A stretch of DNA of 64,000 nucleotides from NCBI GenBank assembly GCA_977020255.1, contig CDROCS010004085.1, positions 62,001 through 126,000 on the forward strand, in the 5' to 3' direction. The DNA comes from Obrimoposthia wandeli. Taxonomy: Eukaryota. Below the pieces are notes generated by a model. The model saw nothing but the letters and a program-made list of their open reading frames with translations. It was not told the origin of the DNA and made no database searches. This document shows positions 50,166 through 60,099 of the stretch, piece after piece (within the stretch, counting starts at the first letter, position 1; every line of letters starts with the position of its first letter). A program made the translations under genes and the position numbers.

Positions 50166-51704
50166 TTAGTCGATATTAACAGCAACATTAGTCGTGCTTT
50201 TCTGGCTTGACAACTTTCTGGTCTTTATCGGTTTGGCTAACCAAACAATGGGGATTAAGCATAAGCATAAAATGCCCGTCATCCAGAATATGTCAGTAGT
50301 TGACATCATATAGGCTTGGCGAGTTAATTCGCCATTCACTGCGGTTAAGTTATTGCCCATTTGATGGATGAATTCCATTGCGCTTTGATTCGCATTGGTA
50401 AAACCTTCCGCTAGTCTGGCATGGTGAAATTCCATGCGTTCATCCCACATTGTTGTGACGATAGAAGATGAAAAGCTGCCAAACAAGGTTCTAAAGAATG
50501 TCGATAATGCGACGGCATTGGCGATTTGGTCACTGCTAACGCTCGTTACAACCAGATTCTGTAGTGGCACAAAAAACGCTAAGGTGGCTGCTCCCAGTAC
50601 GAATTGCGGCATCATAATGTAGCTGTATGGTGCATCAAGGCTATAACTAGCTCGCCAAAACCCGACAATAGAAAACATGACGAAGGCATAGCTGAGTATG
50701 ATCCGAAGGTCGATCTTTTGAACGAGTTTACCAATAATAGGGGCGCTGACTATCGCCAATATACCGATGGGTGCCACGGCATACCCAGACCAAGATGCGG
50801 TGTAGCCCATCACACCTTGTAACCATAGAGGTAGTAAGACGGTTGACCCGAAATACATCATAAAACCTAAGCACATCACAACGACGGCAACGAGGAAGTT
50901 ACGTTGTTTGAAAAAGCGAAAATTCACTATTGGGTTATCGTGATACCATTCCCAGATAATCATGATCCCCCACGATAAAATGGCAACAAAGGTTAAACCA
51001 ACAATGAGGTTTGACTGAAACCAGTCATTATTTTTACCTAAATCGAGCATCATTTGTAAGCTACCCGCCGCGATAACCAACAAACCAATACCGATATAAT
51101 CGACGTTCTCACGTTGTGTTTTTGTATCTCGATCTTTAAGCAAAACATAAACCAAAATACTGGCAATAATACCGATGGGTACATTGATAAAAAATATCCA
51201 TGACCAAGAGTAATTATCAGTCAGTACGCCACCTAGAATAGGGCCCATAATAGGAGCGACCACTACGGTCATCGACCATAAAGCCATTGCCATTCCATGT
51301 TTTTCTTTGGGAAAGTTACGCAACAATATGCTTTGCGAAAGTGGGGCAATTGAGCCTGAAACTGCCCCCTGAAGTACGCGAAAGAAGATCAGCGTTTCAA
51401 TACTGTTAGACATGCCACACAGTATTGAGGTAACAATAAACCCCACAACCGCAAATGTGAATAAACGGACTTCACCAAATCGACGGCTAAGAAAGCCAGT
51501 CATCGGCATTGATATCGCATTGGCGGCACCAAACGCGGTAATTACCCATATACCTTGATCGGTAGATATGCCTAAGTTACCCGCTATGGTGGGTATGGCG
51601 ACATTGGCAATGGACGTATCCAAGACCATCATAAAGGTCGCCATCGATGTGGCGAGAGTGATCAATAAGAGGCGAACCCCTTTGACGGGTGCTAAATCAT
51701 TCAT
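50166..51704 (-). CDS. emrB: DHA2 14-TM MFS multidrug efflux permease (EmrB/VceB-like)
   Basis: FMMVLDTSIANVAIPTI, GFLSRRFGEVR, FRVLQG, GPILGG, WIFFINVPIG. Confidence 0.95.
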   Translation of the reverse strand: MNDLAPVKGVRLLLITLATSMATFMMVLDTSIANVAIPTIAGNLGISTDQGIWVITAFGAANAISMPMTGFLSRRFGEVRLFTFAVVGFIVTSILCGMSNSIETLIFFRVLQGAVSGSIAPLSQSILLRNFPKEKHGMAMALWSMTVVVAPIMGPILGGVLTDNYSWSWIFFINVPIGIIASILVYVLLKDRDTKTQRENVDYIGIGLLVIAAGSLQMMLDLGKNNDWFQSNLIVGLTFVAILSWGIMIIWEWYHDNPIVNFRFFKQRNFLVAVVVMCLGFMMYFGSTVLLPLWLQGVMGYTASWSGYAVAPIGILAIVSAPIIGKLVQKIDLRIILSYAFVMFSIVGFWRASYSLDAPYSYIMMPQFVLGAATLAFFVPLQNLVVTSVSSDQIANAVALSTFFRTLFGSFSSSIVTTMWDERMEFHHARLAEGFTNANQSAMEFIHQMGNNLTAVNGELTRQAYMMSTTDIFWMTGILCLCLIPIVWLAKPIKTRKLSSQKSTTNVAVNID

Positions 51705-51716
51705 ATTAGCACCTCA

Positions 51717-52862
51717 TTACAAGGTGATTTGATGAACAAAGGTGTCAATATTCTGATCGACAGTTTGTAGGTGCTGTTGAGTAATATTGGCAAGGCTTTC
51801 ATCAGTGGTAAAAACGGAATGGTCAAAGGGTTGATTAGTTATTGATTCAGTATCAACCGTCACCGTCATCGACATACCAAGACGAAGCGGGTGTGTGTTG
51901 AATTGTGCTGGGTTAACGTAGATACGTACTGGTACTCGTTGAATCACTTTGATCCAATTACCTGTCGCATTCTGTGCCGGAATCGCTGAGAACACACTCC
52001 CTGTTCCTGCGCCTATGCCTGCAACAACGCCTGTGTAAGTGTGTTTATTGCCGTATAAATCTGAGGTAATCGTGACTGGTTGCCCCGCTTGCATATTGGT
52101 AAGTTGCGTTTCTTTAAAGTTTGCTTCAATCCACACTTTATTCAGTGGTACTAGCGTCATAAGCGCCTGTCCCGGTTGAATCAACTGGCCAACTTGTACG
52201 GCACGCTTAGCAATCATGCCGCCTTTAGGGGCAATAATAGTACTGTTAACTTGCGCTAAATAGATTTTACGTAACTGTGCAATAGCAGCTGTAACTTGCG
52301 GGTTATCAAGTAATTGTTCTTTCGGTAGCAGTACCTCAGAAGCTTCAAGCTGTTTGTTTAATGCGACAAGATTTTGCGCACTAATGTTGACTGCGTTTTT
52401 AGCATGAGCCAGTACTTCTGGTAATACTGACCCATCTTTGTCACCGCCAATTCGACGATTATAATCTTGCTTTGCTTGCTTATAGGCGATTTTTTCAGCC
52501 TGAATTTGTGCTTTTAGTTGTTCAATTTTTATGTAATTGCTTTGAACCTGACGAACGGTTGCTTTTAAGTTAGCTTCAGCAGACTGCTGCTCTAAGGCTA
52601 ATTTATTACGATTCAAGGTGAGTAGCTCACTGCCTTGCGTAACCACTTGTGTATCATCAACGTTAATCGAGTCTATTGTTCCGGGTTCTTGTGAAGTAAT
52701 TATTACCTGCTGACCAGCCACATAGGCATCGTCTGTTTGTTGTTGTGTGGTAGGTAATAACATGAACCAAATACCTGCTGCTGCCGCAACAATCAGGGTA
52801 AAGCTAGTCAGGATAATATTGCGCTTTTTCTTTGATGAGTTAGATAGTGTTTGAGTTGTCAT
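51717..52862 (-). CDS. emrA: Efflux membrane fusion protein (EmrA/VceA-like)
   Basis: TDDAYVAG, IIAPKGG, WIEANFKETQL, GSVFSAIPAQNATGNWIKVIQRVPV. Confidence 0.95.
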   Translation of the reverse strand: MTTQTLSNSSKKKRNIILTSFTLIVAAAAGIWFMLLPTTQQQTDDAYVAGQQVIITSQEPGTIDSINVDDTQVVTQGSELLTLNRNKLALEQQSAEANLKATVRQVQSNYIKIEQLKAQIQAEKIAYKQAKQDYNRRIGGDKDGSVLPEVLAHAKNAVNISAQNLVALNKQLEASEVLLPKEQLLDNPQVTAAIAQLRKIYLAQVNSTIIAPKGGMIAKRAVQVGQLIQPGQALMTLVPLNKVWIEANFKETQLTNMQAGQPVTITSDLYGNKHTYTGVVAGIGAGTGSVFSAIPAQNATGNWIKVIQRVPVRIYVNPAQFNTHPLRLGMSMTVTVDTESITNQPFDHSVFTTDESLANITQQHLQTVDQNIDTFVHQITL

Positions 52863-52873
52863 TGTTATTCTCT

Positions 52874-54310
52874 TTACTCGTTATTGCTTGGTGTTGATGC
52901 CAAAACGGGTTGTTCTTGTTGGTAATCACCACCAAGTGCCACGATTAACTGCAATTGATTTTGTAAAATAGCGGATTCAGTATTGGTTAGTTTTATAACC
53001 TGTTGGTGCCATTGCATACGGGCACTGTTCATATCTGCAAAGCTAGATAAGCCCCGTTCGTAACGATTATTTAAAATGTCATATGCGTGCTGATAATGCA
53101 TAACTGAAGACTGTGCGAGTACTTGTTGTTTTTGTGCTTCTTGTAAGCTGACAATGGCATCTGAGGTTTGTTTAACCGCGTTAAGTACTGTTTGGTTGTA
53201 ATTTGTGACGGCTTGGTCAAAATGAATATTGGCTGATGCGTAATTGGCATCGCGCACGCCACCGTCATAAAGCGGCAAGCTCGCCGCGACTGTGGCACCG
53301 CCTAAAAATAAGCTGGCAGGGTTTATATTTGAAAGCTTTTGAAATACACCCATTACCATCAAGTTCACATCTGGGTAATATGACGCTTTGGCTTGTTTAA
53401 TACCTTGCTCGTTCGCTTCTACCATCCATTTGCTGGCAATAATGTCGGGACGACGACCGAGTAAATTCATCGGTATTGTATCGACGGCTGCCAATTGGTT
53501 GATTGCTTGAGCATTAGGTAAGGTTAACTGACCCAATTGGTCGGGTGTTTTAGCAAGATATAAAGCGAGCTGGTTTTTTGCTAATTGCTGTTGGGTTTTT
53601 GCATCTGATAACTGAGCTGATAAGGTGTCTATATCACCTTGGTTTTGAAACGATTCAGCTTCACTGGCTAAACCACGTTTTACTTGCGCGGTAATCACTT
53701 TATTTTGATGATTAATTTCGTCTAATAACGTAGTTAAATTCCGCTCTAGACGATAACTATTCTGTAAAGCAAAGTAGCTACTGGCAATAGATGCAGATAT
53801 GACTAATCGAGCTTGTGCTTCCTGCGCTTCTAAAGACAGCTTTTGGTCACTTGCTGCGGCAACTGTTGCTTCGTTCTTGCCCCAAAAATCAAACTGGTAT
53901 GAAAAAGAAGGTAGGAGCATACCTATAGCAGAGTAGTCAGCATTTGAGGTATTGAACGATTGCGTATTAGCGCCAATACCACCGCCACTTACATTTAGGT
54001 TTAGTTTTGGTTTATCACCAGATTCAGCAAGAGCCACTTGTTGAGAGGCCAAAGCAATACGCTGCTTGGCTTGTTGTAATGTAAGATTATTAGTAAGCCC
54101 TAATTGGATTAGCTGTGTGAGCTGTTGATCACCAAATTGATTCCACCATTGACGATGAATAGCTTGAATATCATGACTTTTTAGTTGAATTTGTTCATTT
54201 GTTAACATCGATTGATGTTGCGGTTCTTCTGGTGGAATCATGCTACATCCAGAAAGTACCGACAGGGTTAATAAAATCGGAATGGATGCATTTTTATGGA
54301 AACGGTTCAT
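52874..54310 (-). CDS. Outer-membrane efflux factor lipoprotein (NodT/VceC-like)
   Basis: LSGC lipobox, WWNQFGDQQL, DFWGKN, LLGRRPDI, LPLYDGG, LIVALGG. Confidence 0.93.
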   Translation of the reverse strand: MNRFHKNASIPILLTLSVLSGCSMIPPEEPQHQSMLTNEQIQLKSHDIQAIHRQWWNQFGDQQLTQLIQLGLTNNLTLQQAKQRIALASQQVALAESGDKPKLNLNVSGGGIGANTQSFNTSNADYSAIGMLLPSFSYQFDFWGKNEATVAAASDQKLSLEAQEAQARLVISASIASSYFALQNSYRLERNLTTLLDEINHQNKVITAQVKRGLASEAESFQNQGDIDTLSAQLSDAKTQQQLAKNQLALYLAKTPDQLGQLTLPNAQAINQLAAVDTIPMNLLGRRPDIIASKWMVEANEQGIKQAKASYYPDVNLMVMGVFQKLSNINPASLFLGGATVAASLPLYDGGVRDANYASANIHFDQAVTNYNQTVLNAVKQTSDAIVSLQEAQKQQVLAQSSVMHYQHAYDILNNRYERGLSSFADMNSARMQWHQQVIKLTNTESAILQNQLQLIVALGGDYQQEQPVLASTPSNNE

Positions 54311-54390
54311 CGTCTGTCCTAATCTGTTTTATAGGGCAAAGTATAAATATGATTCAATTGTTGATATATACGTCATAAAGGAAAAGACTG

Positions 54391-55311
54391 TTGCAGACAA
54401 AAAACAATAAGATTGGTTTCGATCTGAATACCCTTGAGATGTTTGCGCGAGTAGTGGCATGCCATAGCTTTACACAAGCTGCGGCAGAGCTAGAAATAAC
54501 GAAATCAACGATTAGCCGAAAAGTCGCAGAGTTAGAAAAACACTTAGGGGCTCGACTATTAACACGATCAACGCGAACCTTGGTGTTAACTAAAGAGGGC
54601 GAAACGTTTTATCAATCTTGTGCCCATATCATAGAGCTTATTGAGCAAACTGAATTGGAAGTGATGGCAAGCCATGATCTGATTCGCGGGCCATTGAATA
54701 TCGTCATGCCAGTAGAGGTCGGGAATGGGTTATTAGGGCGGTGCATGAAAGAGTTCATGAAATTACACCCTCAAGTCACCATTCATTTAGAACTGTCTAA
54801 TAGAAAAGTTGATCTTATTGCTGAAGGTATTGATTTAAAAGTACAAGTCGGAGAGCTGGATGAGTCGTCTTTAATTGCCCGAACATTCCACTACTCGACG
54901 CGAATTCTTGTTGCTAGTCCCGAATATTTAGCAGAATACGGTACACCGATAATACTTGGCGATTTAAAAGCGCCGCATCTACAAATTAAAAATAGTAGTT
55001 CAATACGAACAGCAGATAAAAACGTATTAGCGGGTTTACCTTATCGTTTCAATGTGAACACGATCAACTCATTATTGGAAGCTTGTTTAGATGGTTTTGG
55101 TATCACTTTCATGCCTGAGTTTATTTGTAAAGAACACATAGTGACAGGGCGGCTAGTACATGTTTTACCAGATGTATATTCAGCCCAGATCCCCGTTAGT
55201 TTTGTTTATCCTGAAAGAAAATTAATATCAAAGCGGCTACGAGCATTCATTGATTTTACCATTATGCGCTTTGAACAAGAGATAACATTACGGAAAATAA
55301 ATGAAATTTAG
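54391..55311 (+). CDS. LysR-family regulator divergent from the efflux operon
   Basis: FARVVACHSFTQAAAELEITKSTISRKVAELE; TTG start. Confidence 0.92.
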   Translation: MQTKNNKIGFDLNTLEMFARVVACHSFTQAAAELEITKSTISRKVAELEKHLGARLLTRSTRTLVLTKEGETFYQSCAHIIELIEQTELEVMASHDLIRGPLNIVMPVEVGNGLLGRCMKEFMKLHPQVTIHLELSNRKVDLIAEGIDLKVQVGELDESSLIARTFHYSTRILVASPEYLAEYGTPIILGDLKAPHLQIKNSSSIRTADKNVLAGLPYRFNVNTINSLLEACLDGFGITFMPEFICKEHIVTGRLVHVLPDVYSAQIPVSFVYPERKLISKRLRAFIDFTIMRFEQEITLRKINEI

Positions 55312-55417
55312 ATCTCATTATGTACAATGTATGTAGTGTATTTAGGGTCGATCCAGAGCCTCTAAAGTGATAAAGGTCGTATTTTAAACTGCTAGATAAA
55401 CGAAAGGGAAAATTATA

Positions 55418-55978
55418 ATGAAGCGAATAGCAAAACTAATAATTGTACTCTTTAGCTTTTTTCTTACTGCTTGTGCTAACAACGGCAGCTCCTCTTCATA
55501 CAATGTGAACTATTACACTGGGTCGTGGTGGTATGACGATTACTACTATTACTGGGCCGATAATTACCCTTGGTGCTGTGATTCGGATGGTGAGTGGAAT
55601 GAAGTACTCAATAGCTGGTGGAATAACCTCGACGAAGATAAACAGCAGCAAGTAAAAGATAATGTGTCGAATTGGCAAGAAAATGGAGAGAAGCCAGATT
55701 TAACAACATTGAAGTCTGATTTTAAAACGCATTGGAACAGCCTACCTGAAGATAAACGTAATAAGGTACTCGATTCACGTGAAAAGCATTTGAATGATCC
55801 ATCGGCAGCCAAAGATCGCCTCGAGGGCATAGATAAAAACAACGTCGCTCAGAAGGTGAATGACAACGACAAGTTGAAATCTAACTTAAATGCCGATCAT
55901 CGTTCTCAATTTCAGTCTCGTATGGGAAGCGCACCAGTAATGATGCGTGGACGTTTAGGTGGTGGTTTCAGGCATTAA
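55418..55978 (+). CDS. Hypothetical lipoprotein, aromatic-rich N-terminus and Arg/Gly tail
   Basis: LTAC lipobox, RBS gggaa; WWYDDYYYYW, CC, WNSLPEDKR, RGRLGGGFRH. Confidence 0.7.
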   Translation: MKRIAKLIIVLFSFFLTACANNGSSSSYNVNYYTGSWWYDDYYYYWADNYPWCCDSDGEWNEVLNSWWNNLDEDKQQQVKDNVSNWQENGEKPDLTTLKSDFKTHWNSLPEDKRNKVLDSREKHLNDPSAAKDRLEGIDKNNVAQKVNDNDKLKSNLNADHRSQFQSRMGSAPVMMRGRLGGGFRH

Positions 55979-56280
55979 AGTTTGATGTCTACTGTTAATG
56001 GGCATCAGATTCTACTGTGCTAGGTGGATTATGTGGCGTAGAACGGGACTCTTACGTTATTTCACTTTTATTAATCAGATAAATAAGGATGAAAATGCTT
56101 AATAAAGAGACGAATAGTCAGTCCCTTATGTTTTCAGGTTCTTGATAACGTTTTTTTAAGTGTCTGTTATCTAAGCATTTACATAGGCACGCATCAGAAT
56201 GTGTGTGCTTTTTTTGATTTTTTGCCACATAACAATCAAAAAAGACTACCCAAATCCTTTTAGGATGCTATTATTCTTTC

Positions 56281-56456
56281 CGGCTGTAATTCAGACCTAT
56301 TTATATGCAATGTTATGTTTTAGAAAACCTTTGCTGCACTGCTTTTCAAGTATGTTGTTTTTGAAGATTTCCACTCATAAGTTATCATCACATAAATAAT
56401 TCTATTCTGGCTAAAACGCATTATTGCGAATTATTTCGAAAATTTAGGAGACTATC
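56281..56456 (+). promoter_or_regulatory. Long cspA-type 5' UTR (cold box/thermosensor-like), copy 1
   Basis: Begins cggctgtaattcagacc (cf. E. coli cspA acggtttgacgtacagacc) just after TATTAT; about 175 nt. Confidence 0.65.
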
Positions 56457-56666
56457 ATGTCTAACACAACTGGTATCGTTAAGTGGTTCAACGAAGAGAA
56501 AGGTTTCGGTTTCATTACTCAAGATAACGGCGGCGCTGACGTATTCGTTCACTTCCGTGCTATCGCTTCTGAAGGCTTCAAAACTCTTGCTGAAGGTCAA
56601 AAAGTTTCTTTTGACGTTGAACAAGGCCAGAAAGGTCCTCAAGCTGCTAACGTAGTTGCTCTTTAA
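56457..56666 (+). CDS. cspA: Cold-shock protein, copy 1
   Basis: [15 protein letters not shown] (RNP1), VFVHF (RNP2), [10 protein letters not shown]. Confidence 0.97.
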   Translation: MSNTTGIVKWFNEEKGFGFITQDNGGADVFVHFRAIASEGFKTLAEGQKVSFDVEQGQKGPQAANVVAL

Positions 56667-56688
56667 TTTAGAGTCTATGTAACAGTAT

Positions 56689-56717
56689 AAAATGTCGGCT
56701 TAGCCGGCATTTTTTTT
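56689..56717 (+). terminator. Intrinsic terminator after csp copy 1
   Basis: aaaatgtcggc-tta-gccggcattttttt. Confidence 0.85.
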
Positions 56718-56936
56718 ACCTGCTATTTATCAATCTCATAAACTCTTTTCTAATGCTTATAAATATCTTTTTGTACGTTTAATCATCGATCTGCTTTTGT
56801 TTTAACTCATCATTTAACCTACTGATTTTAATGTAAAAAAATACAGTTTTAACTGTTTATTATGCACTTAATCACATTTATAGTATGTTCGGTAAATAAA
56901 GCTACCCAACCGTATATTCTGTGGTAGTATGTGTCT

Positions 56937-57119
56937 CGGCCTGTAATTCAGACCTTATTTATATGCAACATTATGTTTTAGAAAAGCTTCGCTGTACCGA
57001 TTTACCCAGTAAGTTGTCATGAAGGTTTCCACTCATAAGTTTCGTTCACATAGATAATTCTTTTTTCGGCTACACACGCATTTTTGCGAATTATTTTATT
57101 GAAAATTTTGGAGACTATT
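56937..57119 (+). promoter_or_regulatory. Long cspA-type 5' UTR, copy 2
   Basis: cggcctgtaattcagacc after TAGTAT; homologous to but diverged from copy 1. Confidence 0.65.
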
Positions 57120-57329
57120 ATGTCTAACACAACTGGTATCGTTAAGTGGTTCAACGAAGAGAAAGGTTTCGGTTTCATTACTCAAGATAACGGCGGCGCT
57201 GACGTATTCGTTCACTTCCGTGCTATCGCTTCTGAAGGCTTCAAAACTCTTGCTGAAGGTCAAAAAGTTTCTTTTGACGTTGAACAAGGCCAGAAAGGTC
57301 CTCAAGCTGCTAACGTAGTTGCTCTTTAA
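57120..57329 (+). CDS. cspA: Cold-shock protein, copy 2
   Basis: Nucleotide-identical CDS to 56457-56666; RBS ggag. Confidence 0.97.
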   Translation: MSNTTGIVKWFNEEKGFGFITQDNGGADVFVHFRAIASEGFKTLAEGQKVSFDVEQGQKGPQAANVVAL

Positions 57330-57351
57330 TTTAGAGTCTATGTAACAGTAT

Positions 57352-57380
57352 AAAAATGTCGGCTTAGCCGGCATTTTTTT
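57352..57380 (+). terminator. Intrinsic terminator after csp copy 2
   Basis: aaaaatgtcggc-tta-gccggcattttttt. Confidence 0.85.
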
Positions 57381-57510
57381 GTCTAAAATTTGAGATTTAA
57401 CTTTTCCTTAATCACCCATCACCCATCACTTTCCTTCATGTTTGTAATGATTCTAATCAATTTGAGTCATAGCCTTCTATTTCGTACACTAATTGTATTA
57501 CGGAGGGGAT

Positions 57511-58197
57511 ATGACAAACAAAACTGCCGATGTTTTACTATCAATTAATCAGTTAGGTTCAGGGCTTGAAACTAAAAACGGTATGTTACTGACGAAAACC
57601 GTTAAGTCAGGCGAACACCTTGCCATATCTGGATCGTCAGGGTGTGGAAAAACAAGCTTGTTAATGGTTTTAGCCGGGTTAAAACAACCCAAGAGTGGTA
57701 GTTTTTCATGGCTGGGTCAAACTGTTTTAGCTGATGGGCTGACTTGGTGGCGACAACAGTTTTGTTATTTGCCACAACAACCTGTTATGGGGGCAGAAAC
57801 CATTAGCCAAGTTTTGCGGTTACCTTGGACACTAAATGCGATAAGAAACGTGCCTTCTCCTGAAACACCACGATTGAATCAAGACGCTGCAACTGAACCA
57901 AGTGAACAAGCCTGTATTCATGCTTTACGACAAGTAGGGCTGAAACAATCATTAGACACTGATGTTAATCTACTTTCTGGTGGTGAAAAGCAACGTATTG
58001 CTATTGCCCGTGCTGTATTAATGCAGCGACCATTATGGTTATTAGATGAGCCGACATCAGCATTAGATGGCACAAGCCGTGACACTATCATTGCGTTACT
58101 AACCAAACTTGCCCCTACTCGAATATCTGTATCACACGACCCTGTGTGGTTGGCATCGAGTGATTATCTGTATCATATGGAATCAAATAATGGATAG
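57511..58197 (+). CDS. ABC transporter ATP-binding protein (FetA/YbbL-like)
   Basis: GSSGCGKT, LSGGEKQR, LLDEPTSALD, SHD; RBS ggagg before ATG 57511. Confidence 0.88.
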   Translation: MTNKTADVLLSINQLGSGLETKNGMLLTKTVKSGEHLAISGSSGCGKTSLLMVLAGLKQPKSGSFSWLGQTVLADGLTWWRQQFCYLPQQPVMGAETISQVLRLPWTLNAIRNVPSPETPRLNQDAATEPSEQACIHALRQVGLKQSLDTDVNLLSGGEKQRIAIARAVLMQRPLWLLDEPTSALDGTSRDTIIALLTKLAPTRISVSHDPVWLASSDYLYHMESNNG

Positions 58198-58960
58198 TGT
58201 TGCCAATATTCAGAATGTTGCCTTAGCGGCATTCTACCTGTTGCTTTTATTGCCCTTATTTTTATTTCATCGTTGGCAGCTTGGCCTAACACGCGCCGTT
58301 GTTGAAGCTGTATTAAGAATGACGTTACAGCTCACAATTGTTGGTATGTATTTACAAGCGTTATTTACTTGGCAAAACCCGACGTTGAATATTCTTTGGC
58401 TGTCTGTTATGGCGCTTGTTGCCAGTTATAGTATTTGTCGAAGAGCTGAAGTTAATCTGCGTAAAGTGTTTCCGGCTGTATTGTTAGGGCTGGGGGTCGC
58501 ATTGTTGGTTGTTTTACCTGCTATGTTAGCGGGAGTTATACAAGCAGAACCTTGGTGGCAAGCGCAATATATGATTCCAGTGGCAGGAATGCTATTAGGT
58601 AATTGTTTAACTGCCAACGTATTAGCGTTGGAACGCTGGCATAGTAGTTTACGAGATAAACAAAATGAGTATCAATTTTATCTCACTTTAGGGGCACCAA
58701 ATCCGGTTCAACCTTTTATTCGTACGGCTGTAAAAGCCGCGCTTGCGCCTCAACTCGCATCGATGACGACATTGGGAATTGTGAGTTTACCAGGCATGAT
58801 GACAGGGCAAATTCTTGGCGGAACAGAACCATTGCTTGCAGTGAAATACCAGCTTGTCATTATGGTGGCGATTTTCATTGCAGGTGTATTATCGGTAACA
58901 ACCTGTCTCGCGCTTGTGAGCCGTTATGCCTTTAACCGTTATGGTCAATTAATGATATAG
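58190..58960 (+). CDS. ABC transporter permease, UPF0014 (FetB/YbbM-like)
   Basis: RMTLQL.IVG, YMIPVAGMLLGN, LGIVSLPGMMTGQILGG, AVKYQL. Confidence 0.9.
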   Translation: MDSVANIQNVALAAFYLLLLLPLFLFHRWQLGLTRAVVEAVLRMTLQLTIVGMYLQALFTWQNPTLNILWLSVMALVASYSICRRAEVNLRKVFPAVLLGLGVALLVVLPAMLAGVIQAEPWWQAQYMIPVAGMLLGNCLTANVLALERWHSSLRDKQNEYQFYLTLGAPNPVQPFIRTAVKAALAPQLASMTTLGIVSLPGMMTGQILGGTEPLLAVKYQLVIMVAIFIAGVLSVTTCLALVSRYAFNRYGQLMI

Positions 58961-59531
58961 AGGTTGAATGCATAGATTTCATTGATGCCATAATATTGGC
59001 TAGTTTTTCAATTTTAATATTAGAAAGCTGGCGATAGTCAAAGTAAGGGCACACTATCACTCTCTGCTCTTTGTTTATGGCAAATTCGTGATCAAGCCAA
59101 GTGAGTGAGACTGTTAATTTATCTTCGCTAATAAGTCGTTTAGCATACGTTCGTCCCATTATTATATGGAAGGATCGCTGATCATGTTTGTCCTGTGGGA
59201 ACGGCTTAGGTGGTGAAAACAATTCTGGTGGTGAGAACAGCAGTGCCGTATCGCTATTCGTTTGAAGCAATCGTTGGTCTCGGTAATTTTGCCAGTGCGA
59301 TGTTGACTCGACAAGATTAAATAGCCTTGTATCTAAAGTGAAAAGTAATTTAGCGTAAACGTTAAAAACTTTCCTCCAACCATTGCCACAGGCTTCTCCT
59401 ATGGCGGTAATCTCGCCAGATATAACAGGTGTAATCTCGGTTAATGATTGGTAGTTCAGCATGGCTGGCGTATTTTCTATATACACCGTAATCTGACATT
59501 CTGTGCATCCAAGACCAATATGTTGTTTCAT
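58932..59531 (-). CDS. Conserved hypothetical protein (possibly DUF6942-like, unverified)
   Basis: 199-aa ORF with ACGNGWRKVFNVYAKL and CPYFDYRQLSN motifs. Confidence 0.65.
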   Translation of the reverse strand: MKQHIGLGCTECQITVYIENTPAMLNYQSLTEITPVISGEITAIGEACGNGWRKVFNVYAKLLFTLDTRLFNLVESTSHWQNYRDQRLLQTNSDTALLFSPPELFSPPKPFPQDKHDQRSFHIIMGRTYAKRLISEDKLTVSLTWLDHEFAINKEQRVIVCPYFDYRQLSNIKIEKLANIMASMKSMHSTSISLIDHNG

Positions 59532-59692
59532 CGAAGTTCCTTGTTACATTTTATTACTCTTGATTTTATCTGAAAAAGAGCATTTTATAGCAGTTATAAC
59601 TAGCCGTTTTTTATGATTAATTAGTAAGAAATGGAACTTTTTTTGCTATGTTTTTGTCCAGTTCTTGCGATCTCATAACACGGCACTGACTT

Positions 59693-59708
59693 TGGCATGA
59701 CATTCGCT
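59693..59708 (+). promoter_or_regulatory. Sigma-54 promoter candidate
   Basis: TGGCATGACATTCGCT has GG(-24)/GC(-12) spacing relative to TGGCACGNNNNTTGCW. Confidence 0.4.
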
Positions 59709-59757
59709 GAAGGTTCAAATGTACCATGTTCATAATGAAAATATTTATGAGCATTTT

Positions 59758-60099
59758 ATGAAATTACTAGTTACTTTTTTCTTAATGATGTCATTTGCGA
59801 TTCCTTCGTACGCTTGGGCAGATAAGGGGCATGGTAAAGGACACGGAAAAGGGCATAAAAAACACCACCATAATACTGTTGTGGTCGTACAGCCGAAATA
59901 TAAGAAGAAGAAACATCATCATCATCACAACACGGTTGTGGTCGTGCAACCACCCCGTAATCGCTATTATCACCGTTCTCGTTTACCTGAGATTGCAACT
60001 TTTGCAGTGATTGCTGGTATCTCTTACGCTATTGTCGATAACGTTTTTTATAAGAAATCGGGTGACCGATATGATTATGTAGATAATCCACGTCGTTAA
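59758..60099 (+). CDS. Secreted His/Lys-rich small protein
   Basis: Signal peptide MKLLVTFFLMMSFAIPSYAWA, GHGK repeats, HHHNTVVVVQP twice. Confidence 0.75.
   Translation: MKLLVTFFLMMSFAIPSYAWADKGHGKGHGKGHKKHHHNTVVVVQPKYKKKKHHHHHNTVVVVQPPRNRYYHRSRLPEIATFAVIAGISYAIVDNVFYKKSGDRYDYVDNPRR

Noticed and set aside
57411-57429. Short tandem repeat tcacccatcacccatcac
   Set aside because: Only about 2.5 units, intergenic, with no evidence of function
23916-58960. N-terminal extensions in the ORF track (24677, 26590, 31404, 36189, 57084, 57493, 58109 starts)
   Set aside because: They overlap neighbouring genes or UTRs; downstream ATGs with RBS match family starts
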